DNA of 64,000 nt from Alphaproteobacteria bacterium (GTDB taxonomy: Bacteria > Pseudomonadota > Alphaproteobacteria > UBA828). Location of the stretch: the NCBI GenBank assembly GCA_965220745.1, contig CBDCQT010000012.1, positions 868,741 through 932,740 of the forward strand, read 5' to 3'. A program made the translations under genes and the position numbers. This document shows positions 43,922 to 53,074 of the stretch, piece by piece; within the stretch, counting starts at the first letter, position 1, and each line of letters starts with the position of its first letter. The notes under the pieces were generated by a model. That model did not search any database and was not told the origin of the DNA. It saw only the letters and a list, made by a program, of their open reading frames with translations.

Positions 43922-45517
43922 CTAAACTGCGTCAGGCCGGCGGGCGAGGGCGACAGCGCAGCCCGTGGACAAGAGCTGGCCGGCGGTGACGGAGGCATTG
44001 ATGAGCGCCGTCGTCGTCACGCGAGTCGCGTCGATCACGCCTGCCTCCCGGTAAGGACAGAAGGCCCCCACGCGCGCGTCGAAGCCGATGTCCGCCGGGG
44101 CCTCCTTCAGCCTTTCCAGGGCCAGCGCCGGCTCGCAGCCGGCGGCGCCCGCGATCCGGCGGAAGGGCTCCTGCAGGGCGCGGGCAAAGGCGCGGCGCTC
44201 GGGCTCGCCGGCGCCGACCGTGCCGTTCTCGATGGCGAAGGCCGCGCGCGCGAGCGCCACGCCGCCGCCCGCGACCACGCCGTCCTTCGCAGCGGCGCGC
44301 GCGGTGTTCAGTGCGTTCTCGCAGGCCTTGTAACGCGCCTTCCACGCGGTCTCGGTGACGCCGCCGACCCGGATATTGGCGACGCCCGAGACCAGCCGGG
44401 CGAGGCGGGCCTCGTACTTGCCCCGGTCGTAGCTCTTCCGTTCGTGCTCGATCGCGTCGCGAATCTGCGCGGCCCGGCGCTCCACCGCCTCCGGCGTGCC
44501 GCCGCCGCCGAAGATCGTGGTCGATACCCCGTCCACGATCGCTCGCTTGGCGGTGCCGAGCGCCGTGCTGTCGACCTTCTCCGCCGTGAGCCCGGTCTCC
44601 TCACCGACTAGGCGCCCGCCGGTGAGCACGGCGACGTCGTCGGTGGCGGCGTGGCGGTAGATACCTGACTCAGGCCCCTTAACCGCCGCGCAGTGCACCG
44701 TGCCCTCGCGGTGGTTGGTGAGCATGACGGCGAGCGCCTGGTCGGAGACGTCCTGCGCCAGCACCAGCAGGCTCCGCTTGGCCTCGCGCGCCGCCTCCAG
44801 CGCCGGCAGGAGCTGGGCCGTCTCGGTCAGCTCGCCCTGGCACATGAGCAGGAAGGGCTGGTCGAGCTTCACCTCCGTCTCGCCCGCCTTGAGCAGGAAG
44901 TTGCGCGAGAGCAGACCGTGCTCGAAGGCCATGCCGCGCATGTAGTCGACCGTCGTATCGACGCCCTGATGGTAGGAGATATTGACAACGCCTTCAGCGC
45001 CCAGCCGCTCCACCGCCTCGGCCACGAGGTCCGCGATCTCGCCGTCTCCGTCGGCGGCGACACCGGCAAGCTGCGCGAGCATCGCGCGGTCCGCGACCGG
45101 GCCGCTTTGCGGCTCGAGTGCCGCGAGCGCCTCCCGCGTGAGCGCTTCGAAGCCGCGCCGCACCGAGGGCGGGTCGATCCCCGCTGCCACCAGGCGCAAG
45201 CCCGCCTCGGCGAAGGCGCCCGCGAGCAGCGCCGTGGTGGTCGAGCCGTCGCCCACCGCATCGCGGGTCTTCTTGATGCAGGCCTTGAGCAGTTCGGTGC
45301 CGAGGGTCGCGAAGCGGTCCTCGTCTTCCAGGTCCCTGATGGCGGTGAAGCCGTCGCGGGTGAGCTCGGGAAAGTCGTCCGCGCGCTCAAGCACGACGCG
45401 GCCGCCGTGAGGCCCGAGCGTCAGCCCCGCGAGCCGCGCGGTGTGCCCAAAACCCGCCATCAACGCCTCGCGGGCGTCGGCTCCGGTCTTGATGTGCTTG
45501 GGCCGCTCGAGCGCCAT
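43922..45517 (-). CDS. divergent GroEL/Cpn60 paralog
   Basis: 531 aa; TLGPHG, TRDG, GDGSTTT, GMAF and GVVAGGG align with GroEL along its full length; no GGM tail; no adjacent groES. Confidence 0.88.
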   Translation of the reverse strand: MALERPKHIKTGADAREALMAGFGHTARLAGLTLGPHGGRVVLERADDFPELTRDGFTAIRDLEDEDRFATLGTELLKACIKKTRDAVGDGSTTTALLAGAFAEAGLRLVAAGIDPPSVRRGFEALTREALAALEPQSGPVADRAMLAQLAGVAADGDGEIADLVAEAVERLGAEGVVNISYHQGVDTTVDYMRGMAFEHGLLSRNFLLKAGETEVKLDQPFLLMCQGELTETAQLLPALEAAREAKRSLLVLAQDVSDQALAVMLTNHREGTVHCAAVKGPESGIYRHAATDDVAVLTGGRLVGEETGLTAEKVDSTALGTAKRAIVDGVSTTIFGGGGTPEAVERRAAQIRDAIEHERKSYDRGKYEARLARLVSGVANIRVGGVTETAWKARYKACENALNTARAAAKDGVVAGGGVALARAAFAIENGTVGAGEPERRAFARALQEPFRRIAGAAGCEPALALERLKEAPADIGFDARVGAFCPYREAGVIDATRVTTTALINASVTAGQLLSTGCAVALARRPDAV

Positions 45518-45613
45518 GCGACGATCTTCCGCGCTACTGAGCAGCGGTCAACGGCAGCGGCGCGGCCGAGACGTTTTCCTCGGCCGCGCCGCGCCTAGTC
45601 GAACGGGAGCGGA

Positions 45614-46972
45614 TCAGGCCGCGCTGAAGCGGTTCCACTCCTTGATGTAGCTGGTCACGTGCGTGGGCCACACCATCCAGAACGCGATGTTGGATTGCCG
45701 CCGGGTCTTAGGCCCGGTATCGCGGTCCTTGCCCATGTACCAGCGGCGGTAGTCCTCCACGGTCAGGAAGTTGAGCACCGGGTCCGGGCAGGGCGAGTAG
45801 TAGCCCTGCGGCGCCACCGCCGAGCCCCACCAGCCGTCGAGGCACCAATCCATGTAGGCCATGGCGACCTCGGGCTCCGGCGCTTCGCTGGAGAGGCACA
45901 TGGTGTGGACCCAGGCGGCCGTGCCCTCGAAGACGTCGACGTACCAGCACGGGATGCCGCGCTTCTTCACGTCCTCCACCACCGGATTCCAGCAGTCCAT
46001 GCCCCACACCTCCTCGGAGGCGAGCAGGTTCACGGCCTCGCCGTAGTTGTTCCAGATGAGGCGGAACACGCCGTCGTTCTTGGCGGCGATGAGGTAGTCC
46101 ACCACGCCTGCCACCTCGTCCGGCTCCATGTCGGAGTTGCCGACCTTGGGCGGGTCCATGATCCCGTTCTTCCAGAGGAAGCTGTAGGCGCGCGGCGGCC
46201 CCATCAGCTCGTCGTTCTGGATCGAGGTCTTGCCGACCGCATCCACGTCCCGCCACTTGCCGGTGTAGAGCAGCCCGAGCGAGTCGGGGATCGCGAAGTC
46301 CGGCTGAGTCGGCGCGAACTTGTGCGGCAGCACGCCGAGCGCGTCCATGTTGTAGAACTGGGGCACGCCGTAGAACGAATCCTTGTTCTCGTCCCAGTAG
46401 ACGATGTTGGACGGCCAGCCGGTCACCTCGTCGGCACCGATATGGCCGGGCTGGGTGTAGAGCGAATCAGCGAACTCCCAGTTGGTGATCTTCTCGGCCG
46501 GGATCGGCACGATCACCTCGGCCTCCCGCAGCGCCGGCTGACGGTAGGCGTTGGTCTCGACCATCGAGTAGGTCTTGTTGCCGCCGGTGATGAACTTGGT
46601 GATCATCTCGCTCAAGCCCGCCACCGTGCCGGTCACATCGAGGCCGGTGTCCTCCTTGAACCTGTTGAAAAAGCGCTCCTGCACCGAGACTCCGAGGCCG
46701 ATGGTCTGCATCGGGTCGTCCTGGGTGATGCCTGCCACGCGCTCCGCGAGGCCCGCCTTCGCAGTGCCCGTGCCGAGCACGGTGCCGGCCGCGGCCGCGG
46801 TCACGCCGGCTGCGGCGAGGAAGGTGCGGCGGTCGATGCCTCCGCCCTCCTGCTCCTCCGCCTCGGCATCGCGGAAGCGCTTGATCGCCTTCTCCTCCAC
46901 TGCCATCGCGGTATGGAGATCCATCCGGTCCGACAGATGCTCGTACTTCTTTTCAAGATGTTTGCTGTCCAT
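45614..46972 (-). CDS. Tat-exported PotD/PotF-like substrate-binding protein (copy 2)
   Basis: Twin-arginine signal DRRTFLAAAG...AKA; last gene of a PotABC-like set. Confidence 0.83.
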   Translation of the reverse strand: MDSKHLEKKYEHLSDRMDLHTAMAVEEKAIKRFRDAEAEEQEGGGIDRRTFLAAAGVTAAAAGTVLGTGTAKAGLAERVAGITQDDPMQTIGLGVSVQERFFNRFKEDTGLDVTGTVAGLSEMITKFITGGNKTYSMVETNAYRQPALREAEVIVPIPAEKITNWEFADSLYTQPGHIGADEVTGWPSNIVYWDENKDSFYGVPQFYNMDALGVLPHKFAPTQPDFAIPDSLGLLYTGKWRDVDAVGKTSIQNDELMGPPRAYSFLWKNGIMDPPKVGNSDMEPDEVAGVVDYLIAAKNDGVFRLIWNNYGEAVNLLASEEVWGMDCWNPVVEDVKKRGIPCWYVDVFEGTAAWVHTMCLSSEAPEPEVAMAYMDWCLDGWWGSAVAPQGYYSPCPDPVLNFLTVEDYRRWYMGKDRDTGPKTRRQSNIAFWMVWPTHVTSYIKEWNRFSAA

Positions 46973-47039
46973 GGTCTCCTCCCTGTGCAGTCTCCGTTTC
47001 CCAATCGCGGCCGGCCCGAAAAGCGACCTGCCGGCCCGA

Positions 47040-47921
47040 CTAAACCTGGTGCTCCTCCTGCCCTCTGAAGCGGGGCCGGTAACGACTCGCGGTCATCAGG
47101 TACCCGAAGATGCCGATCACCGCGAACGAGATCAACGTGATGATGACGCCCACGGCGAAGATGCGCGGCGTGATGCGGATCGTGGTCGCGCCCAGCACGT
47201 CCAAGGGCAGCGTGTTCTGCGATCCGGCCACCAGCACGGTGCGGGCGAACTCGTCGAACGAGAGCGTAAAGCCGAAGAGCGCGGACGCCATGATGCCGGG
47301 CTTCATGATCGGCAGCGTGATGTGCCAGAACGTGCGCCAGCTGTTGGCGCCCAGGCACATTGCTGCCTCCTCCGTCGAGCGGTCGAAGCGGTTGAAGACC
47401 GTCAGCATCACGATGAAGCAGAACGGGAAGGTCCAGAGGATGTGGACCGGCAGCGTGGTGCCCAGCCAGTGCTTGTCGATGCCGATGCCCTGCCAGAACA
47501 GCGCGTGGCCCAGGCCCACGGTGACGCCGGGGATCATGATGCCGACCAGGTAAAGGTAGAAGATCGGCCCCGCGCCCAGGAAGCGCGCGCGCATCGCCTG
47601 CGCCGCCATGGTGGCGAGCACGGTCGAGATGCACATGACGAGGAGCGCCAACACCAGCGAGCGCAGCCCCGCATTGCCGAAGTCGCCGACGTATTCGCCG
47701 ATGTCCCGCGCCGTGCCCGAGGGGTTGAAGAGCCGCTCGTACCAGAAAATGCTCGTCCCCTGCATGGGGAAGGTGGGCCCGCCGTCCTCGCCCTGGAAGG
47801 AGAGGATCGCCATGACGATAAAGGGCCCGTAGAGCATCAGCACGAAGAGCACCACGTAGACCGCGAGGACGATCTTGACCCAGCCGAACTTGGCGACGTG
47901 ATAGCTCGTTGGCTCCGCCAC
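47040..47921 (-). CDS. ABC permease (PotC-like)
   Basis: EEAAMCLGA loop; FTLSFDEF. Confidence 0.9.
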   Translation of the reverse strand: MAEPTSYHVAKFGWVKIVLAVYVVLFVLMLYGPFIVMAILSFQGEDGGPTFPMQGTSIFWYERLFNPSGTARDIGEYVGDFGNAGLRSLVLALLVMCISTVLATMAAQAMRARFLGAGPIFYLYLVGIMIPGVTVGLGHALFWQGIGIDKHWLGTTLPVHILWTFPFCFIVMLTVFNRFDRSTEEAAMCLGANSWRTFWHITLPIMKPGIMASALFGFTLSFDEFARTVLVAGSQNTLPLDVLGATTIRITPRIFAVGVIITLISFAVIGIFGYLMTASRYRPRFRGQEEHQV

Positions 47922-47924
47922 GGC

Positions 47925-48830
47925 TCAGAGCTCCCGTCGCAGATTGACGAACTGGAAGATCAGCACGATCACCGGAATCGAGACCAGCACCATGACCACC
48001 GCCACGGCCGACGCCGCCGGCCACTGCAGCAGGCCCTGCTGCTGGATCAGCACGTTGGCCAGCATGGTGGTCTTGCCGCCGCCGATGAACTTCTGAATCG
48101 CGAACTCGCCCATCATCACGACGAAGACGAAGAGGATGCCGGTCGCCAGCCCCGGCTTGGTCAGCGGCACGATGATCCTCCAGAAGGTGGTCCAGGCCGA
48201 GGCGCCGAGGTCGCGCGCTGCCTCGATTACCTGGCGGTCGATCTTGGCCATGGAGAAGTAGATCGGCCCGATCATGAACACCGACCAGATGATCGCCATG
48301 GAGAAGACCATGCTCGGTTCGCTGTAGAGCAGGATCTCCGCCGGCTCGTCGATGATGCCGATCCCCATCAGGATCTGGTTGATCAGCCCCTTGCGTCCCA
48401 GCAGCGGCAGCCACGCCACCATGCGGATCAGCGCGCTGGTCCAGAATGGCACGATGCAGAGCAGCAGGATGTAGAGCTTGAGCCGCTCGCTCTTCACGAA
48501 GAAGCAGACGTAGTAGGCCACCGGATAGCAGAGCAGCACCATCAGCGGCAGCACGATGATGGCGATCAGGAAGGTGAAGCCCAGGGTCTGCAGGTAGGTC
48601 GCGGTGGTGAAGAATTCGATGTAGTTTTCGAGCACGAAGCCCGGCTTCATGCCGTAGGCCCAGGGCTTGTAGAAGCTGAAGACCACGACAGAGACCAGCG
48701 GGATGCCGCAGAAGAGCGCCATCACGATGGTGGGCGCCGCCACCAACAGGAGGGCTTGGCGCGCGCGCTTCTTGGTGAGCGTCATCCCGGACGAAAGGGC
48801 CGGGACCGGCGTTTGGGCTGCGTCCGTCAC
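47925..48830 (-). CDS. ABC permease (PotB-like)
   Basis: PFWTSALIR; IEAARDLGA; WPAASA. Confidence 0.9.
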   Translation of the reverse strand: MTDAAQTPVPALSSGMTLTKKRARQALLLVAAPTIVMALFCGIPLVSVVVFSFYKPWAYGMKPGFVLENYIEFFTTATYLQTLGFTFLIAIIVLPLMVLLCYPVAYYVCFFVKSERLKLYILLLCIVPFWTSALIRMVAWLPLLGRKGLINQILMGIGIIDEPAEILLYSEPSMVFSMAIIWSVFMIGPIYFSMAKIDRQVIEAARDLGASAWTTFWRIIVPLTKPGLATGILFVFVVMMGEFAIQKFIGGGKTTMLANVLIQQQGLLQWPAASAVAVVMVLVSIPVIVLIFQFVNLRREL

Positions 48831-48890
48831 CTGACCTCCGCCCCGCCGGTCATGGCTGCCTGCGCCCCCGTGGCGGTGTGGTCCGGGCGC

Positions 48891-49973
48891 TCACTCGAAC
48901 ACCACCAGCGCGTCGTCGGTGTTCCAGCCCACTCTCACCTTGTCGCCGTGGCCGAGCGCGGTAATCGCCGGCGGCGGCTCGTGCTCGTCGACACGGATCG
49001 AATCGCCGCTCGGCAGGTCCACGTTGAACTCGATCTGCGAGGTCTCGAAGATGGAGAACGACACCTCGCCCTCCACCGTGTTTTCGGGCGTCTCGCCGTT
49101 CAGCAGCAGGTTGGTCAGGCTCGCCCGCACCACCACGTGGCAGTCCTTGCGCGCCGGCGCGTCGTCTGCGATGCGGGCGCGGAAGGTGCCGGCCGGCCCG
49201 GTGACGGTGGCGACGCCGTTCTCCACGCCCGTGATCTCGCCCGCCAGGATGTTGTTCTTACCCACGAACTGGGCGACGAACAGGTTCTTGGGGCGGTGGG
49301 TCACCTCCTCGGGCGGGCCGATCTGTTCGATCCGGCCCAGGTTCATGATCACCACCCGGTCGGAAACCGCGAAGGCTTCGGTCTGGGTGTGGGTGACGTG
49401 CACGAAAGCGACGCCGAAGTCGGTGTTGAGGCGGCGCAGCTCGCGCTGCATCCGCAGGCGCAGGTTCGCGTCGAGCGAGCCCAGCGGCTCGTCGAGCAGG
49501 AGCACGTCCGGCCGCGTGACCAGCGCCCGCGCCAGACCGACGCGCTGCTGCTGGCCGCCCGAGAGCTGCTGGATCGCCCGGTCGGCCAGGTCCTCAATAT
49601 CCACGGCGCGCAGCATCTCCAGCGCGCGCTGGGCGCGCTCCCTTGACGAGACATTGCGCATGCGCAGGCCGAACTCGACGTTCTGCGCCACCGACATGTG
49701 CGGGAAGAGCGCGAAGTGCTGGAACACCATGGCGGTGTTGCGCTCGTGCGGCTCCAGGTGAGTGCAGTCCCGCCCGGCGATGAGGATCTGGCCGTCCGTC
49801 GGCTCCTCGAAGCCGGAGATCATGCGCAGCGTCGTGGTCTTGCCGCAGCCAGATGGGCCGATGAAGGAAATGTACTCGCCTTGCGCGATGTGGAGTGTCA
49901 TCTCGTCGACGGCAAGGATGTCCCTGCCGAAGCGCTTGGTGACATTGATCAGATCGACGGCAATGTCGCTCAT
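48891..49973 (-). CDS. ABC ATP-binding protein (PotA-like)
   Basis: GPSGCGKTT, LSGGQQQR and LLDEP; TOBE-like C-terminus. Confidence 0.93.
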   Translation of the reverse strand: MSDIAVDLINVTKRFGRDILAVDEMTLHIAQGEYISFIGPSGCGKTTTLRMISGFEEPTDGQILIAGRDCTHLEPHERNTAMVFQHFALFPHMSVAQNVEFGLRMRNVSSRERAQRALEMLRAVDIEDLADRAIQQLSGGQQQRVGLARALVTRPDVLLLDEPLGSLDANLRLRMQRELRRLNTDFGVAFVHVTHTQTEAFAVSDRVVIMNLGRIEQIGPPEEVTHRPKNLFVAQFVGKNNILAGEITGVENGVATVTGPAGTFRARIADDAPARKDCHVVVRASLTNLLLNGETPENTVEGEVSFSIFETSQIEFNVDLPSGDSIRVDEHEPPPAITALGHGDKVRVGWNTDDALVVFE

Positions 49974-50035
49974 GCCGCTCCCTACCGCTCCCGTGCCCCC
50001 GGCCGCCGCGCGACCTCGCCTCGCCAGCCCGACCG

Positions 50036-50048
50036 CAAGTTATTGATA
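50036..50048 (-). promoter_or_regulatory. IHF-consensus site upstream of the potA-like operon
   Basis: Minus strand reads TATCAATAACTTG, matching WATCAANNNNTTR, within an AT-rich patch about 60 bp upstream of the start codon. Confidence 0.45.
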
Positions 50049-50143
50049 TTATTATCCTCTGGCGCGAGCCAAGGTTAAGTCTAACTGTCGTCAGAGCGCG
50101 CCGTCAACTCGACGGCCCTGTGGGCGACGTGCGAGACGATTTG

Positions 50144-50668
50144 TCAGCGGGCGACGGCGTCGCCCTCCAGGTAGCGCGCAGGCCAGCCGATGCCCTGCCA
50201 TGTTTGAATCTGCACGGGATCAAGGCGGATCAGCCAGCGCTTCCAGCTCATCGTGGGCTCCAGGTAGCTCGGGCCGTTCTCACCGTAGTAGCGGATCGAC
50301 ATGGTGCGGGCCACCTCCACCCAGCGGCCGCCCACATTCGGCTGCTCGACGATCGCTGCCTCGCACTGGGCGAGAAAGCGGCGCTGCACGCCGGCATCGG
50401 AGGCGCGGTCGGCAGCCGAGGATTCGTCGATGGTCACCGCACAGCGCGGTCTTGCTTCGAGGTAGCGCGCCCAGGCGGAGCGCGCCCGCGGCACGACCCA
50501 GAGCGCAGCGCCATCCCACTGATACCAGCAGGGCACGACGTAGGGCCAATCGTTGTCGTCGAGACAAGCGACGCGGGCGAGGAACGGCTCATTTAGAAAG
50601 CCATCGATCTCGTCCGCGCTCATCTTGCCGATCTTGCCGCGCCAGCTCTCGCTCTCCTGCGCACTCAT
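50144..50668 (-). CDS. pyridoxamine 5'-phosphate oxidase-like (split beta-barrel flavin/F420-binding) protein
   Basis: EIDGFL...ARVACLD...PYVVPCWY...PRCAVTID. Confidence 0.75.
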   Translation of the reverse strand: MSAQESESWRGKIGKMSADEIDGFLNEPFLARVACLDDNDWPYVVPCWYQWDGAALWVVPRARSAWARYLEARPRCAVTIDESSAADRASDAGVQRRFLAQCEAAIVEQPNVGGRWVEVARTMSIRYYGENGPSYLEPTMSWKRWLIRLDPVQIQTWQGIGWPARYLEGDAVAR

Positions 50669-50702
50669 CGTCTACCCCTCAACCGCCACGATCGGCGTTG
50701 CG

Positions 50703-51734
50703 TCATTGAATCTCGCCCTTCACATCGGCACCGAGATGGAACAGGCAGTCGCCGCGCTCAACGCGCCCCGGTATGCGCTTGCAGACGACCAAGCCCGTTG
50801 CATCGAAGTGAACCTCCGTCGGCGCTCGCCACGGCGTCTCCGGCGTGTGGATCAGGCCTGCGAGCCGGCCTTTCTCCACCTCAGTGCCGAGCTCGACCAC
50901 AGGCTCGAACAGCCCGTCCTCGCTGGCATAGGTGAAGAAGTCCCACGATTCGGCGGTGAGTAGACGCGTTTCCACTGCCGGCTCCTCGTCGTCCTCGACC
51001 GGGCCGCGCCAGACGCCAACGTGGCGGAGCACACGCCTGGTGCCCGCCTCGCAGATGCGGAGGCACTCGGGCGTGACCGTGCCGCCGCCGCCCATCTCCG
51101 TCGCGAGCACGACCACACCGCGGCTGATCGCTGCCCGCATGTTGGTGCCGGTCATGCCTTGGACTGCCGGGAAGAGGAAACCGTAGGGCGCGCCGAAGAC
51201 CCGGCCGAGCTCGTCGATCTTCTCTTGTATGTCTGGCGGGTTGGCGGCATCGCGGAGGATCGTGGTGGGCAGGTACATGAGCGAGCTGCCGCCCGAATGG
51301 AGGTCGAGCAAGTAGTCCGCGCGCGGGGTGAGCTCGGTGTCGACGTAGTGAGCGAGCATTTCGGTGAGACGTCCGTCGTGCTTGCCGGGAAAAACGCGGT
51401 TCATGTTCAGCTCGTCCACTGGCGATGTCCTGAGCCCCGACTTCGCGGCCGGGTAGTTGGCCATGGGCAGGATGATGATGCGGCCAGTGACGTCGGCGGG
51501 CTCCAGGGCGCGGATGAGCCTGGTAAGCGTCACCTGACCTTCGTACTCGTCGCCGTGCACGCCCGACGTGAGCAGCACCGTCGGCCCCTCGCCGTTCTTG
51601 ACGCAGACGAGCGGCACCGGCAGCCAGCCGTAAGCCGAGCGGTGGACCGAATGAGGCAGACGCAGATGGTCGCACTGCTTGCCGTCGCGGTCGAAATCGA
51701 TTCGGGTGCTGAGCCGCGTTCCCGTCTCTTCCAT
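50703..51734 (-). CDS. succinylglutamate desuccinylase/aspartoacylase family (DoeB-like deacylase)
   Basis: GVHGDEYEG, NMNRVFPG, DLHSGG and TEMGGGG; start MEETGTRL. Confidence 0.88.
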   Translation of the reverse strand: MEETGTRLSTRIDFDRDGKQCDHLRLPHSVHRSAYGWLPVPLVCVKNGEGPTVLLTSGVHGDEYEGQVTLTRLIRALEPADVTGRIIILPMANYPAAKSGLRTSPVDELNMNRVFPGKHDGRLTEMLAHYVDTELTPRADYLLDLHSGGSSLMYLPTTILRDAANPPDIQEKIDELGRVFGAPYGFLFPAVQGMTGTNMRAAISRGVVVLATEMGGGGTVTPECLRICEAGTRRVLRHVGVWRGPVEDDEEPAVETRLLTAESWDFFTYASEDGLFEPVVELGTEVEKGRLAGLIHTPETPWRAPTEVHFDATGLVVCKRIPGRVERGDCLFHLGADVKGEIQ

Positions 51735-51877
51735 GGCATCGTTTCCCGAGGGCTGTCTGGTCGCGTCAGTCTGCCCGGCTCCGGGTGGCGGCGGCAATGG
51801 CTCTCGATAGCACGGCGGTTTGACGCAGAGAGCCGCCGGCGCCAGTCTCCGGCATGAAGCCACACGGGAGGGACGGC

Positions 51878-52201
51878 ATGGCACTCTACGAAATGAGGAC
51901 CTACACGGTACAGGTCGGCAAGCTCGCCGAGGTGGTCGCGCTCTATAAGGACGAAGGCTGGCCGGTGCTGGAGAAGGAGGGCTTCGGTGCCAATCTGGTC
52001 GGCTACTTTGTCGCCGACACCGGCACCATCAACCGGCTGGTGCACATCTGGAAGTTCGATGACGACGCCGCTCGCCGCGCTCACTGGGCCCGGCTCTTCC
52101 AGAGCGAGGCGTTCATGCGCTTCGCCGGAAAGGCCCGCCCGTCGGTGCTGACGCAAGAGGTGGTGCTGCTGAACGAAGCCCCCTTTGGCCCGCATCCATA
52201 G
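51878..52201 (+). CDS. NIPSNAP-family protein
   Basis: LYEMRTY, GTINRLVHIW. Confidence 0.88.
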   Translation: MALYEMRTYTVQVGKLAEVVALYKDEGWPVLEKEGFGANLVGYFVADTGTINRLVHIWKFDDDAARRAHWARLFQSEAFMRFAGKARPSVLTQEVVLLNEAPFGPHP

Positions 52202-52234
52202 CGCCCGAGCAGGCCGGTCCTCGGGAAGGGCCGC

Positions 52235-53059
52235 CTACTTCTTCAGCTTCGCGAGGATGGTCTCGACGCGCTCAAGCGCGGCGCGGGCGTTTGCCGCCTC
52301 CTCGCGGACGGTTCTGAGCGTCGCCTCGTCTTCGCTTTCGTCGCCCCTGACCGGCCTCACCTCGAGGCGCGCGTCGTGCAGGTTGTTGATCACGACCGCG
52401 ATCACGAGGTTGATCATGATGACCGCCGCCAGCATCACGAAGCTGACGAAGAAGAGCCACGCCATCGGGTGGAGCTCCATGGCGACGTACATGATGTCGG
52501 TCCAGTCCTCGAGCGTCATCACCCGGAAGAGCGAGAGCAGCGCGATGCCGAGGTTGCGCCAGTGCGTCGGGTCGTGGTCGCGGAAGAGGTGCACGCCCGC
52601 GATCGCGTAGACGTAGAAGACCGCAGACAGCAGCAGCATCACGTGTCCCAGCCCCGGCAGGGAGCGAATCAGGGTCGAGACGATGACGCGGAGCTGCGGC
52701 ACCACCGTCGCCACCCGCAGCACGCGAAGCAGCCGCGCGAGCCTCGCGATGAGGGCGAACTCGCCGGCGTCCGGCAGGAAGGCGAGGACCAGGATGGCGA
52801 AGTCGAAGAGGTTCCAGCCGTCCTTGAAATAGCGCTCGAACCGGGGCGCGACGGCGGTGAGCTTGATCGCCGCCTCGACCACGAAGACGGCGAGCGCCAC
52901 GTGGAAGGCCCACTCGATGGCGTGGCCGAAGCGTGCGTCGAACCACTGGCTCGTCTCCAGGCCGAGACCGATCGCGGTGATGAGGATCATCACGATGATC
53001 AGCACGTTGAACGCCGGCGCCGCAACGATGCGCGCGCACAACCGCTTCAGTTCGCTCAT
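52235..53059 (-). CDS. bacterial voltage-gated cation channel (BacNav/AnclNav family)
   Basis: Six TM segments; DGWNLFDF; S4 segment RLARLLRVLR; filter TLEDWTD; C-terminal coiled coil. Confidence 0.9.
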   Translation of the reverse strand: MSELKRLCARIVAAPAFNVLIIVMILITAIGLGLETSQWFDARFGHAIEWAFHVALAVFVVEAAIKLTAVAPRFERYFKDGWNLFDFAILVLAFLPDAGEFALIARLARLLRVLRVATVVPQLRVIVSTLIRSLPGLGHVMLLLSAVFYVYAIAGVHLFRDHDPTHWRNLGIALLSLFRVMTLEDWTDIMYVAMELHPMAWLFFVSFVMLAAVIMINLVIAVVINNLHDARLEVRPVRGDESEDEATLRTVREEAANARAALERVETILAKLKK

Positions 53060-53074
53060 ATGAGGACGCTCCCA

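Noticed and set aside
43922-45517. Housekeeping groEL
   Set aside because: Too divergent at conserved motifs; no groES, no GGM tail and no visible CIRCE element.
35450-47068. Long antisense ORFs (35450..37663, 39679..41589, 41844..43850, 45659..47068), and similar ones such as 26501..28666 and 6802..8253
   Set aside because: Each mirrors a real gene on the other strand. The similarity between 35450 and 45659 only reflects the SBP paralogy.
46575-49646. 1023-aa plus-strand ORF
   Set aside because: Antisense shadow of four well-supported ABC genes; high-GC codon bias suppresses stops; no recognisable motifs.
49974-50035. Sigma-54 promoter next to the IHF-like site
   Set aside because: The best candidate has 12 nt between GG and GC rather than the required 10.
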